This document shows, piece after piece, positions 27,180-36,786 of a stretch of DNA of 64,000 nucleotides (the stretch's first letter is position 1; every line of letters starts with the position of its first letter). This stretch comes from Chloroflexota bacterium (GTDB lineage Bacteria > Chloroflexota > UBA11872 > VXOZ01). The notes beneath the pieces were generated by a model. That model had not been told where the DNA came from, searched no databases, and saw only the letters and a program-made list of their open reading frames with translations. The DNA is taken from contig OY760183.1 in the NCBI GenBank assembly GCA_963663275.1, positions 3,072,001 through 3,136,000 of the forward strand. Reading direction: 5' to 3'. A program made the position numbers and the translations under genes.

Positions 27180-29963
27180 TCACGGCACCCGATAGACCTC
27201 CGCCGCCGGCTTCACCGGGCGCGGCATCCACAGCGGCCGCCGCAGCGCGTTGCTGCCCTCCGCCGGACGCGCTTTCTTCAGCCACTCAAGATACACTTCA
27301 TGCGACTTATTGGTATCCACGAACACGTCGCCGTACTGGTCGTCGGCCGCCGCCGTCTCCACCCGCACCTTCTGGTGCCAGCAGTGCATACCGCTCACCG
27401 GGTCCGGATGCACCGGGAACGTCAGATTCTGGTGCACGCCCGAATCTTTCCACCACACCCGGTCGGAATCCGGATCCGGGCTCTCGAACGGCCCCACGCC
27501 TTCGATCTGGCGCATGAACCACTGCCCGTCCTTCACTTGCTTCAAATCCACGTGCGCAGTAGACCAGCGTTCGCCGCCGCTCTCCTTGGAAAGCCGCCAG
27601 CGTCCCAGGTGGTGGGAGCACGCCACGATGCCCGGGCGAATGCCCTCCGTCACCCACACCCGTATCACAAAGTGCCCGATCTCCGTACAAACCCTGGCAA
27701 GGTCGCCCGTATCGAACTCCAGGCGTTCCGCGTCCTGCGGGTGCACCCACAGCGGATTGGTATGCGAAATCTCATAGAGCCACTTGGCGTTGCCCGCCCG
27801 CGTGTGGATGAGCGTCGGCAGGCGGAACGTCGGCAGCAGCACGTACTCGCCCTTGCCGTGGTCGATGTTCTCCCGGTGCACGTGGCTCTTGATGTACGTC
27901 GGCACGGCGTATTCCGACCACTTGAAGTCCCGCAGCGTTTCGGAGAAGAACTCCAGCTTGCGCGACGGCGTATGGAACCCTTCCACCGCCGTTCCGTCCA
28001 CCTCCACGCCGATCACCTCGCCGTTGCTGCTCACCTTGCCGCTTTCAGGATCGACCTCCGCGCCGTCCAACTCCTCGGCGGTCAAGGGATTCTCATGCAC
28101 CGCGTAGGTATCGCGCTTCACCTCGAACGCGCCGTACTTGCGCATGTACGCCAGCGGCGCAAGTTCCTCTTTGGCCGCCGCTTCCGGCAGACCCGGCACA
28201 CTGTTTTCGAATATCCACTGGTAGTATTCGCTGATGGTCAGCTTCTCACCGGGGCGGTAGGGCGACTCGAAGAACTCCCGCACGCCCAGGCTGCCGTCCG
28301 GGTCGATGCGCCACGAAAGCTCGATCCAGAATTCGTCCTCTTCCCACACCTCGCCGGGATTGGCCTCGTAGGTGAACTCGACAGCGTCGCCGTTCTTCTC
28401 GCGCGCCACCCGCATCACCGGCTGGCGGAACGCGATCCACGCGCCCGCCTGGGTCTCCTGGCTCATCAGGTCGTGCCGTTCCGCGCCGTTGCCCATGGGC
28501 AGCACGTAGTCCGCGAACCAGGCCGTTTCGCTCCACACCGGCGTCAGCGCGGCGTGCACGCCAATCTTTGCTTCATCGCTCAGCATCTCAATCCAGGAGG
28601 CCCCGTCGGGATTCGTCCACACCGGGTTGTAGACGCGAGTAAAGTAGGTATCCACTTTGCCGCGCCCCTCTTTGAGGAAGTGCGGCAGCAGAATGCTCAT
28701 CTCGTGGTGCGCCAGCGGATACTCGCGCGGCCACAGGAGTTCGCTCCACACCTGCTGCGGCGGCGGCTTGATGTACGGCGCGGGGGCGAATTTATTCCAA
28801 CTGTTCGGGGACGTGCCGCCGCGCGTGCCGATGCTGCCGGTCAACACGCCGAGGAACGTCAAACAGCGCGAGACCTGCCAACCGCCTTCATTGCCGGAGG
28901 CCGCGCTGCGCCACACGTGGCTGGCAAACGCCGTGCCCGCCCTGGCGATCTCCCGCGCCACCGCGACGATCTGGGCGGCTTCCACGCCGCTCTCCTGCTC
29001 GGCAAATTCCGGCGTGTACGCGGCGTAGAAATCCTTGATAGCGTCAATGAAGTTATCGAACGTGGCCTCCACGTCCGGGTGCTCGCTGCGCATGAACTGC
29101 TGCCAGTTGAGCCACTTCTCCATGAAGTCGCGGTTATAGCTTTCTTCCCGCAGGATGACGTTCGCCATAGCCAGCAAAATCGCCGGTTCCGAGCCGGGCC
29201 ACGACGAGAGCCAGTAGTCCGCCCGCGAGGCGGTGTTGGAGAGGCGCGTGTCGATAACGGCAATCTTCGCGCCGGCGAGTTTGCCCTCGACGATGCGCTG
29301 GGCATGGGGATTGAAATAGTGTCCCGTCTCCAGGTGGGCGCTGATGAGCAGCATGAAGCGGGAATTCGCGTGGTCGGGCGAGGGCCGGTCCGCTCCCTGC
29401 CAGAGGGTGTAGCCCAGCCGCGCGGCGGAGGAACAGACGTTCGTATGGCTGTTGTGGCCGTCCACGCCCCAAGCCTGGAGCACCCGGTCCATGTAGCCGT
29501 CGTGGCCGGGACGCCCCACGTGGTACATCACTTCCGTGCGGCGGTCTTCCTGCAAGGCCGTGCGAATGCGCGCCGCGAGCGTGTCGAGCACCTCATCCCA
29601 GGTGGTGCGTTCCCACTCGCCGGAGCCGCGCGGCCCGCTGCGCTTCATGGGGTAGAGGATGCGCTCCGGGTCGTGCACCTGGTTGATCGTGGCCGGGCCT
29701 TTGGCGCAGTTGCGGCCCCGGCTGCCGGGATGCGCCGGATTGCCCTCGAACTTGCGGATGCGCATGTCCTCTTTGTCGATGTACGCCAGCAGCCCGCACG
29801 CGGCCTCGCAGTTGAAGCAGACCGTCGGCACCAACATGTAGTTCTTGGAGACGCGCTTCGGCCATGCTTCCGGGTCGTACTCGGTCCAATCGTCCCACTG
29901 GTCTACCGGCGGATAGTTCGCCAGTTGGCCCGATTCCGGAAACTGTGGCTTGAAAATCGACAT
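27180..29963 (-). CDS. Mo/W-bisPGD (DMSO reductase superfamily) catalytic subunit, Psr/Ttr/Arx-like, no Tat signal
   Basis: CFNCEAAC...CAKG FS0 motif, RILYPMKR, SHTNVCS, SETAWFADYVLP, C-terminal VHPQDA binding domain. Confidence 0.9.
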   Translation of the reverse strand: MSIFKPQFPESGQLANYPPVDQWDDWTEYDPEAWPKRVSKNYMLVPTVCFNCEAACGLLAYIDKEDMRIRKFEGNPAHPGSRGRNCAKGPATINQVHDPERILYPMKRSGPRGSGEWERTTWDEVLDTLAARIRTALQEDRRTEVMYHVGRPGHDGYMDRVLQAWGVDGHNSHTNVCSSAARLGYTLWQGADRPSPDHANSRFMLLISAHLETGHYFNPHAQRIVEGKLAGAKIAVIDTRLSNTASRADYWLSSWPGSEPAILLAMANVILREESYNRDFMEKWLNWQQFMRSEHPDVEATFDNFIDAIKDFYAAYTPEFAEQESGVEAAQIVAVAREIARAGTAFASHVWRSAASGNEGGWQVSRCLTFLGVLTGSIGTRGGTSPNSWNKFAPAPYIKPPPQQVWSELLWPREYPLAHHEMSILLPHFLKEGRGKVDTYFTRVYNPVWTNPDGASWIEMLSDEAKIGVHAALTPVWSETAWFADYVLPMGNGAERHDLMSQETQAGAWIAFRQPVMRVAREKNGDAVEFTYEANPGEVWEEDEFWIELSWRIDPDGSLGVREFFESPYRPGEKLTISEYYQWIFENSVPGLPEAAAKEELAPLAYMRKYGAFEVKRDTYAVHENPLTAEELDGAEVDPESGKVSSNGEVIGVEVDGTAVEGFHTPSRKLEFFSETLRDFKWSEYAVPTYIKSHVHRENIDHGKGEYVLLPTFRLPTLIHTRAGNAKWLYEISHTNPLWVHPQDAERLEFDTGDLARVCTEIGHFVIRVWVTEGIRPGIVACSHHLGRWRLSKESGGERWSTAHVDLKQVKDGQWFMRQIEGVGPFESPDPDSDRVWWKDSGVHQNLTFPVHPDPVSGMHCWHQKVRVETAAADDQYGDVFVDTNKSHEVYLEWLKKARPAEGSNALRRPLWMPRPVKPAAEVYRVP

Positions 29964-30060
29964 CGCGCCGTAGCTCCTCTCGCTAAGCGCCCGGACCTGG
30001 TTAACGTGAAACCGCTAACGCGCACTCAATCTCTGTCAAAATAACCGTATCCATTCAAAC

Positions 30061-30262
30061 CGTAGCGCGGGGGCTCGTCCCCCGCCTCCTGGCCTGCCAA
30101 TGCGCGCCCAAATGTCACCCATCTCTATCGCGTAGCGCGGGAGCTTGTCCCCCGCCTCTTGGCCTGCCATTGCGCGCTCATCTATCCCCTATCATCACGT
30201 AGCGCGGGGGCTCGTCCCCCGCCTCTCATCTCACGTAGCGCGGGGGCTCGTCCCCCGCCTCT
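30061..30262 (+). repeat. Four tandem GTAG-type REPs (GTAGCGCGGGGGCTYGTCCCCCGC)
   Basis: Copies at 30062, 30132, 30199, 30235. Confidence 0.9.
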
Positions 30263-30274
30263 TGAACAACGCGC

Positions 30275-31864
30275 TTAACTCAACGGCTCTGCCTGTCCCG
30301 CTCGCACCCAAATATCCTCAAAGAGCAACAATCCCGCCAAGGCGCACGCCCCGGCCGCGATGGCCGCCACCGGCGCCAGCCCCAACGGTATGGCGAGCAG
30401 CAGCGCCACCGGCGCCGCGTGCCCCACACCGACCACCCCGGCCCAGAAACGCTGGGCGAACCGGCCGCGCACGATCATCCGCACGGCTGCGGCCGCGTCG
30501 CGCGTGCCGTGGGGCAGCCAGAGTTCGCCCACCACGATGATGAAGAGGTTGGCGATCAGACTCCACAGCAGCACGGTGCGCAGAAACTCCTCGGTCTGCG
30601 CCGTCGTCTCCACCACCGACCCCAGTATCGCCAGCGACGCCGCGCCCGCCAACGCCGCCTGCACCAGCAGGTGCACCGGCAACGCGGGGCTCAGCCACAG
30701 GTCGCGCGCTTTCGATTGCGCAAAGAGAAAACCGGTGTAGATCGCGGCGAGAATAGCTAAGACGCCGCCCGGCCACCAGAGTATCCGCATCAAGCCGTCC
30801 GCGCCCGTGAGCGCCGCTAGTATGCTCAAGCCGACGAATGCGCCGAAAAACAGCAAGATGAACGTGCCAAGCGCGACCCACGAGCGCCACTGCGGACGGA
30901 TGAGAATGGTGTAGAAGCGGTCGGGGCGCTTGAGGTCCCAGATCAACAAGCCCGCCGTGATCGCCAGGAATATCAGCGCCAGAATGGGGCCGCCCCACGC
31001 CAAGAGCGGGTTATCGCTCACCAGGCCCAGCGCCAAGCCCGCCGCCGGCAGCAGAAACGCGCCCGCGGCGATAGATTTCGTCCAGATGTACGCGCTCACC
31101 TTCCAGCCCCAGGGCGAGGGATGCTCCACGTCGTAGACCGTCTTGGCGGACTTGGCTACCAGGTCCTGCAGCAAGGTTTCACTGTCTATGAGGCCGGACG
31201 CGCCGTTGCCGTTGGCGCTGCCGTTCCCGTTGGCGTTGGCGTTTGCGTTGGCGTTCGGCATCTCGTTCCAGATGCCGTACTCACCGGCCGGCGTCGCCGC
31301 CGACGGGGTGAGCGTGCTCTCGTCGGCGTCGATGTAGAAGAGCTTGGGCACCGTGCCTTTCTCCGGCTTGCGCACCTGCACCGGCTCCCGCGAGATAAGC
31401 TGGGAGATATGGGCCGTCGGGTCGTCCAAGTCGCCGGAGACAATGGCCTGCGTCGGGCAGACCACCTGGCACGAAGGTTCCAATCCGACCTCTACCCGGT
31501 GCGCGCAGAAGTTGCACTTCGCGGCGGTGTGCGTATCGGGATCGATGTGCAGCGCGTCGTACGGACAGGCCTGCAAACACATCTTGCAGCCAATGCACCG
31601 CTCAGGATCGAAGTCCACGATGCCGTCCTGCGTGCGGCGGTACAACGCCGTCACCGGACACGCCGTGATACAGGGCGCGTCGTCGCAGTGGTTGCAGCGG
31701 AGCACCGTAAAGTGGCGGCGGTTATGGGGGAACTGCCCGGTCTCGACGTACTTCACCCAGGTGCGGTAGACGCCCAAAGGCACGTCATGCTCCGACTTGC
31801 ACGCCACCGTACAGGCGTGGCAGCCGATGCACTTGCGATTGTCGATGAGAAAGCCAAGTCTCAT
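30275..31864 (-). CDS. Fusion of a 4x[4Fe-4S] electron-transfer subunit and an NrfD/PsrC membrane anchor
   Basis: CIGCHACTVAC, CNHCDDAPC..CP, CIGCKMCLQACPY, KCNFC; then WGWKVSAYIW, DLKRPDRF, SWVALG and hydrophobic helices. Confidence 0.9.
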   Translation of the reverse strand: MRLGFLIDNRKCIGCHACTVACKSEHDVPLGVYRTWVKYVETGQFPHNRRHFTVLRCNHCDDAPCITACPVTALYRRTQDGIVDFDPERCIGCKMCLQACPYDALHIDPDTHTAAKCNFCAHRVEVGLEPSCQVVCPTQAIVSGDLDDPTAHISQLISREPVQVRKPEKGTVPKLFYIDADESTLTPSAATPAGEYGIWNEMPNANANANANGNGSANGNGASGLIDSETLLQDLVAKSAKTVYDVEHPSPWGWKVSAYIWTKSIAAGAFLLPAAGLALGLVSDNPLLAWGGPILALIFLAITAGLLIWDLKRPDRFYTILIRPQWRSWVALGTFILLFFGAFVGLSILAALTGADGLMRILWWPGGVLAILAAIYTGFLFAQSKARDLWLSPALPVHLLVQAALAGAASLAILGSVVETTAQTEEFLRTVLLWSLIANLFIIVVGELWLPHGTRDAAAAVRMIVRGRFAQRFWAGVVGVGHAAPVALLLAIPLGLAPVAAIAAGACALAGLLLFEDIWVRAGQAEPLS

Positions 31865-31951
31865 GGCTGCTCCTGTGCCTGCGGACCGATTTCCGTTGCC
31901 CAATTATACAATAGCGCCCGCGATGCTACCACCCTGACGCATCCACTGGGT

Positions 31952-33505
31952 TCAGTCTTCCCGCTCGCAGTAGACGCGCCCGTCCGGATAGGCTTGCTCA
32001 ATGAGCGCGCGGTGCACGTGTTCGTTGACGCACATGTTTTCAGGATAGACGATGTGCTTGCGGTGGGAGGTCTCCACCAGGCGGCCGTTGCGCAGCAACT
32101 CGGTCACCAATTCCTCCGATTCGCTGAAAGGCGTGGCCGGATCGGTGTGGTTGCCGATAACCAGTATGGGCACGCCGCCGCCGTCCAGCGGCGCGGCGAG
32201 CGGCGCAGGCGCGAACTGATCGTAGAACGGGCAGGCGCTGGGAACCGACGGATTCGCCGCCCAGATCAGAGGCAGCCGTTCCCGCACCAAGGCGTCCAGG
32301 AGCGCCGAATCCGCCAGTTTCGTCTCCCGGTCCAATTCCGGCTTCAGCGCAAAGCCGTCCAGGCAATTGACGTGTTCGGTAAAGCTGGCGGCGGTGGGGT
32401 CTTCGCCCAGTTGAATCTCGGCGAGGGCCAGCAGGATGCCCGGGTCGTCGTTTTCGTTCAGCTCGAACAGGCCTGCCCAGAGGATATGCCAGTATTCTTC
32501 GCTATACAGGGGCGTAACCACGCCGATGAAGCCGGCCGCGGTATTGCCCCCGGCCGCCTCGTTGACGAGATCCAGTTTCTCCGCCGCGCGCAGGTAGTAG
32601 CCGATCGGATCGCCGTCGTTGTAAATCGGGCACTCGGCGTCGTCGCACGCCAACAGCGCCTGCTCCAGCAGCGTCTCGAACGTGGAGATTTCCTCGATGC
32701 TCTGGTTCACGCGCTCCTCCTGGCTGGCGGCCGCGTCAACCGGATTGTCGGCGCCGTCAACCACCATGGCCCGTACCGAGTCGGGGAAGAGCGTGGCGTA
32801 CCAGACGCCCAGCGCCGAGCCGTAGGAGAAGCCCAGGTACGAGATTTGCGCCGCGCCCAGCGCCTGGCGTATTTCGTCCATGTCCCTGGCGACGTATTCG
32901 CTGTGCAGCAGGCCGCCGACCGGCCCCATGGTCTCGATGCACAGGAGGGCCGCCGCCTCGCCGGCCCGCACTTCCGCCGGCGTGTCTACGTCATCCTCGA
33001 ACGTGTTGAGCAGCGCCAGCCGTTCGCCGGGAGTGCCGCAGGCGAAATCCGGCTCCGACGCGCCCACTCCGCGCGGGTCGAACCCCACCACGTCGAAGCG
33101 CGCCAGCACCTCAGTGGAAAACTGCGACTCCGCATTCTGCACGAATTCCACGCCGCTCACGCCGGGTCCGCCGGGGTTCACCAGCAGGTAGCCGATCCGC
33201 TCGTCCTCAGAAGCCGCCCGGCGCACGGTGAGCGCTATTTTGATGCTGCCCGCGCCGGGATCCCGGTAGTCGGCGGGAACTTCCACGAACCCGCACTCCA
33301 GCCCTGCCGCGCACGGAGTCCACGCAACGGACTCGCCTGCGGTTGCCGCCCCCGCGTCGGCCGCGCCCGGCGGCTGCGCGGGAACGGCGGGATCCTCCGC
33401 AAGCGCGGCGCATCCAACCAGAGCAAACACACCCGCAAGCAACGCCAATCCGATGCGGAAGCCAACCGTGAACCGGCTCAAGACGCGACGCATCTGTTCT
33501 ACCAT
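31952..33505 (-). CDS. Secreted alpha/beta hydrolase (TAP-like tripeptidyl peptidase family)
   Basis: NPGGPG, FDPRGVG, GFSYG, DPATP; N-terminal hydrophobic signal. Confidence 0.88.
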   Translation of the reverse strand: MVEQMRRVLSRFTVGFRIGLALLAGVFALVGCAALAEDPAVPAQPPGAADAGAATAGESVAWTPCAAGLECGFVEVPADYRDPGAGSIKIALTVRRAASEDERIGYLLVNPGGPGVSGVEFVQNAESQFSTEVLARFDVVGFDPRGVGASEPDFACGTPGERLALLNTFEDDVDTPAEVRAGEAAALLCIETMGPVGGLLHSEYVARDMDEIRQALGAAQISYLGFSYGSALGVWYATLFPDSVRAMVVDGADNPVDAAASQEERVNQSIEEISTFETLLEQALLACDDAECPIYNDGDPIGYYLRAAEKLDLVNEAAGGNTAAGFIGVVTPLYSEEYWHILWAGLFELNENDDPGILLALAEIQLGEDPTAASFTEHVNCLDGFALKPELDRETKLADSALLDALVRERLPLIWAANPSVPSACPFYDQFAPAPLAAPLDGGGVPILVIGNHTDPATPFSESEELVTELLRNGRLVETSHRKHIVYPENMCVNEHVHRALIEQAYPDGRVYCERED

Positions 33506-33657
33506 CCTGCTTATGACTTCCTACTATCGCGCAACCCTGGCGCATGAAGACGGGCTTGCGCTTGTTTGGCTGAACGCCCTCAGGAATGGCCGATCAATAG
33601 GAGCGCTCGTCATCATGTTCTAATAGTCCGGCGGCGAACCCATGCGCTGAGCGGTCG

Positions 33658-34686
33658 CTACCGCCGCGCGGCAGGCGTAAGAGCCGGACCATCAAGTTCA
33701 TCACGCGGCGCGCGTTCCAGCAACTCCACCGTCGCTTGAGCCACCGTAATGCCGCCGGAGAGCACTTCATGCAGCAACTCGGTGATGGGCAACTCGACAT
33801 CAAGTTGCCGCGCCAGGCGCATGGCTGCGCGGGTGGTCGGCACGCCCTCGGCTACGTTGTCCATCGACGCCAGAATCTCATCCAGCGGCTTGCCTTGCGC
33901 CAATTGCTCGCCGACGTGCCGGTTGCGGCTCTGGCGGCTGGCGCAGGTGGCCATGAGATCGCCGAGGCCGGCCAGTCCCGCGAACGTGAGCGGCTGCGCG
34001 CCCATCGCCACGCCCAGGCGCGTCATCTCGGCCACGCCGCGCGTCAGCAGGGCCGCCTTGGCGTTGTCGCCCAGCCGCAAGCCGTCGCAGATGCCGGCCA
34101 CAATCGCCATCACGTTCTTCAACGCCCCGCCCAGTTCAACGCCACAGACGTCCGCGCTCGTGTAGATGCGAAAGCGCGGCAGCATCAACTTCTCCCGCGC
34201 CCGGCGCGTCAGGCCGGCATCGGCGCCCGCCAGCACCGCGGCGGCCGGCTGGCCTTGGGCGATTTCGCGGGCAAGGTTGGGGCCGGAGAGCGCCAGCACA
34301 CGATCCGCCGCAAGTTCCGTTGCCTGTTCCTGAATGACCGCCGACATCGTCTCGCCCGTTGCGGTATCGAGACCCTTGGTGGCCGAGACGAGGACGGAGC
34401 GATCCGTCATGCCCGGCGCGATCCAGCGCACGTTGCGGCGCATCGCTTCCGACGGCACGACGAGCAGGACGAGATCACTGCTTTCCAGCGCCTCCCGCGG
34501 CTCGCTCGTAATGCGCAGGCCGGACGGAAAAGGAAAACCGGGCAAGAATCGCGCATTCTCGCCCGCCCGGCGCAACTCCGCCGCCTCTTCTTCCGTGCGG
34601 GCAAGCCAGCGGACCGCGCGGCCCGCCTGCGCGAGTTGCACGGCCAGCGTGGTACCCCACGTCCCCGTGCCGACAATCGTAATCAC
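33658..34686 (-). CDS. gpsA: NAD(P)H-dependent glycerol-3-phosphate dehydrogenase
   Basis: GTGTWG, SGPNLAREI, GGALKNV, GLGDLMATC, SRN, EGV. Confidence 0.95.
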   Translation of the reverse strand: MITIVGTGTWGTTLAVQLAQAGRAVRWLARTEEEAAELRRAGENARFLPGFPFPSGLRITSEPREALESSDLVLLVVPSEAMRRNVRWIAPGMTDRSVLVSATKGLDTATGETMSAVIQEQATELAADRVLALSGPNLAREIAQGQPAAAVLAGADAGLTRRAREKLMLPRFRIYTSADVCGVELGGALKNVMAIVAGICDGLRLGDNAKAALLTRGVAEMTRLGVAMGAQPLTFAGLAGLGDLMATCASRQSRNRHVGEQLAQGKPLDEILASMDNVAEGVPTTRAAMRLARQLDVELPITELLHEVLSGGITVAQATVELLERAPRDELDGPALTPAARR

Positions 34687-34713
34687 GTCATCACTTCTTT
34701 GCCTGGCCGCCCG

Positions 34714-35670
<957 letters not shown>

Positions 35671-35745
35671 AGAACGAGAAACATCCTGTGCTCTGCATTT
35701 GCCGCCACGCCTACGAGAAGTCTACCCCATGATAGCAGAGGACTC

Positions 35746-36780
35746 ATGATCCGGCTTGAAGACCTCGATTACGCGCTGCCGCCGCAGGCCGTCGCGCAAC
35801 ACCCGCGCGAGCCGCGCGACGCCGCCCGCCTGCTCGTCTATCGCCGGGACAACCGAGAGATTCGGCACAGCCGGGTCGCGCGCTTGGAGGACTTCTTGCA
35901 GCCGGGCGACCTGCTGGTGGCGAACGACACCCGCGTCATTCCGGCGCGGCTCTATGGCAAACGCGAGTCCACCGGCGGCAAGGTGGAGATTCTCTTACTG
36001 CGACCATGCGAGGAACGCGAATGGGAGGCGCTGGTAAAACCTTCACAGCGTCTCAAGCCCGGCGCCCGCGTGCTTCTGGACAGTGGCAGCGGCAGCAACG
36101 CCGACGTTGTCACGGTTGGCGAGAGACTGCCCCACGGCAAGCGGCTCGTGCGTTTTCACGCTGAACCCAGCGCCGTCATCAAACGCCGCGGCACGACGCC
36201 CCTGCCGCCGTACATCCGCGAGCCGCTCGCCGACCCCAACCGCTACCAGACCACCTACGCCCGCGTGCGCGGTTCCGCCGCCGCGCCCACCGCCGGACTC
36301 CACTTCACGCCCCGGCTCATCGACTCCCTTGAATCCTACGGCGTGCGCTTCGCCTTCATCACCCTCCACGTCGGTTTGGATACCTTCCAACCCATTCGTG
36401 AAGCGGATCCGTTGCGGCACACCATCCACAGCGAGTATTTCGAAGTGCCGGCGCAGACGGCACGTCGCATCCAGGAGACCAAAGCCGGCCGCAAGCGGGT
36501 AGTGGCGGTGGGCACAACCGTGGTGCGCGCCCTAGAGAGCGCCGCCGGCTCGACGGGCGTTGTCCGGCCTTTCAGCGGCGAAACCCGGCTTTACATCTAC
36601 CCCGGCTATCGATTCCGCGTGGTGGACGGCATCATGACCAACTTCCACCTGCCCCGCTCGACCCTGCTGCTGCTCATTGCCGCCTTCACCGGCCTGGACC
36701 AACTGAAGCGGATCTACAGCGAAGCAGTCGAGGCCGACTACCGCTTCTACAGCTTCGGCGACGCCAGCCTACTGCTCTGA
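35746..36780 (+). CDS. queA: S-adenosylmethionine:tRNA ribosyltransferase-isomerase
   Basis: NDTRVIPARL, PLPPYI, YQT, AAPTAGLHFT, TNFHLPRSTL, YRFYSFGDA. Confidence 0.96.
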   Translation: MIRLEDLDYALPPQAVAQHPREPRDAARLLVYRRDNREIRHSRVARLEDFLQPGDLLVANDTRVIPARLYGKRESTGGKVEILLLRPCEEREWEALVKPSQRLKPGARVLLDSGSGSNADVVTVGERLPHGKRLVRFHAEPSAVIKRRGTTPLPPYIREPLADPNRYQTTYARVRGSAAAPTAGLHFTPRLIDSLESYGVRFAFITLHVGLDTFQPIREADPLRHTIHSEYFEVPAQTARRIQETKAGRKRVVAVGTTVVRALESAAGSTGVVRPFSGETRLYIYPGYRFRVVDGIMTNFHLPRSTLLLLIAAFTGLDQLKRIYSEAVEADYRFYSFGDASLLL

Positions 36781-36786
36781 GCGCCG

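Noticed and set aside
27300-30044. Very long antisense ORFs (also 31121-33547, 37135-39030, 41947-44097, 51028-53247, 60101-61876)
   Set aside because: Shadow frames of GC-rich genes, with no motifs or RBS
30061-30262. CRISPR-like array of four ~28-bp repeats
   Set aside because: Spacers are unequal in length and related to each other, the repeat is a dispersed GTAG REP, and no cas genes are present
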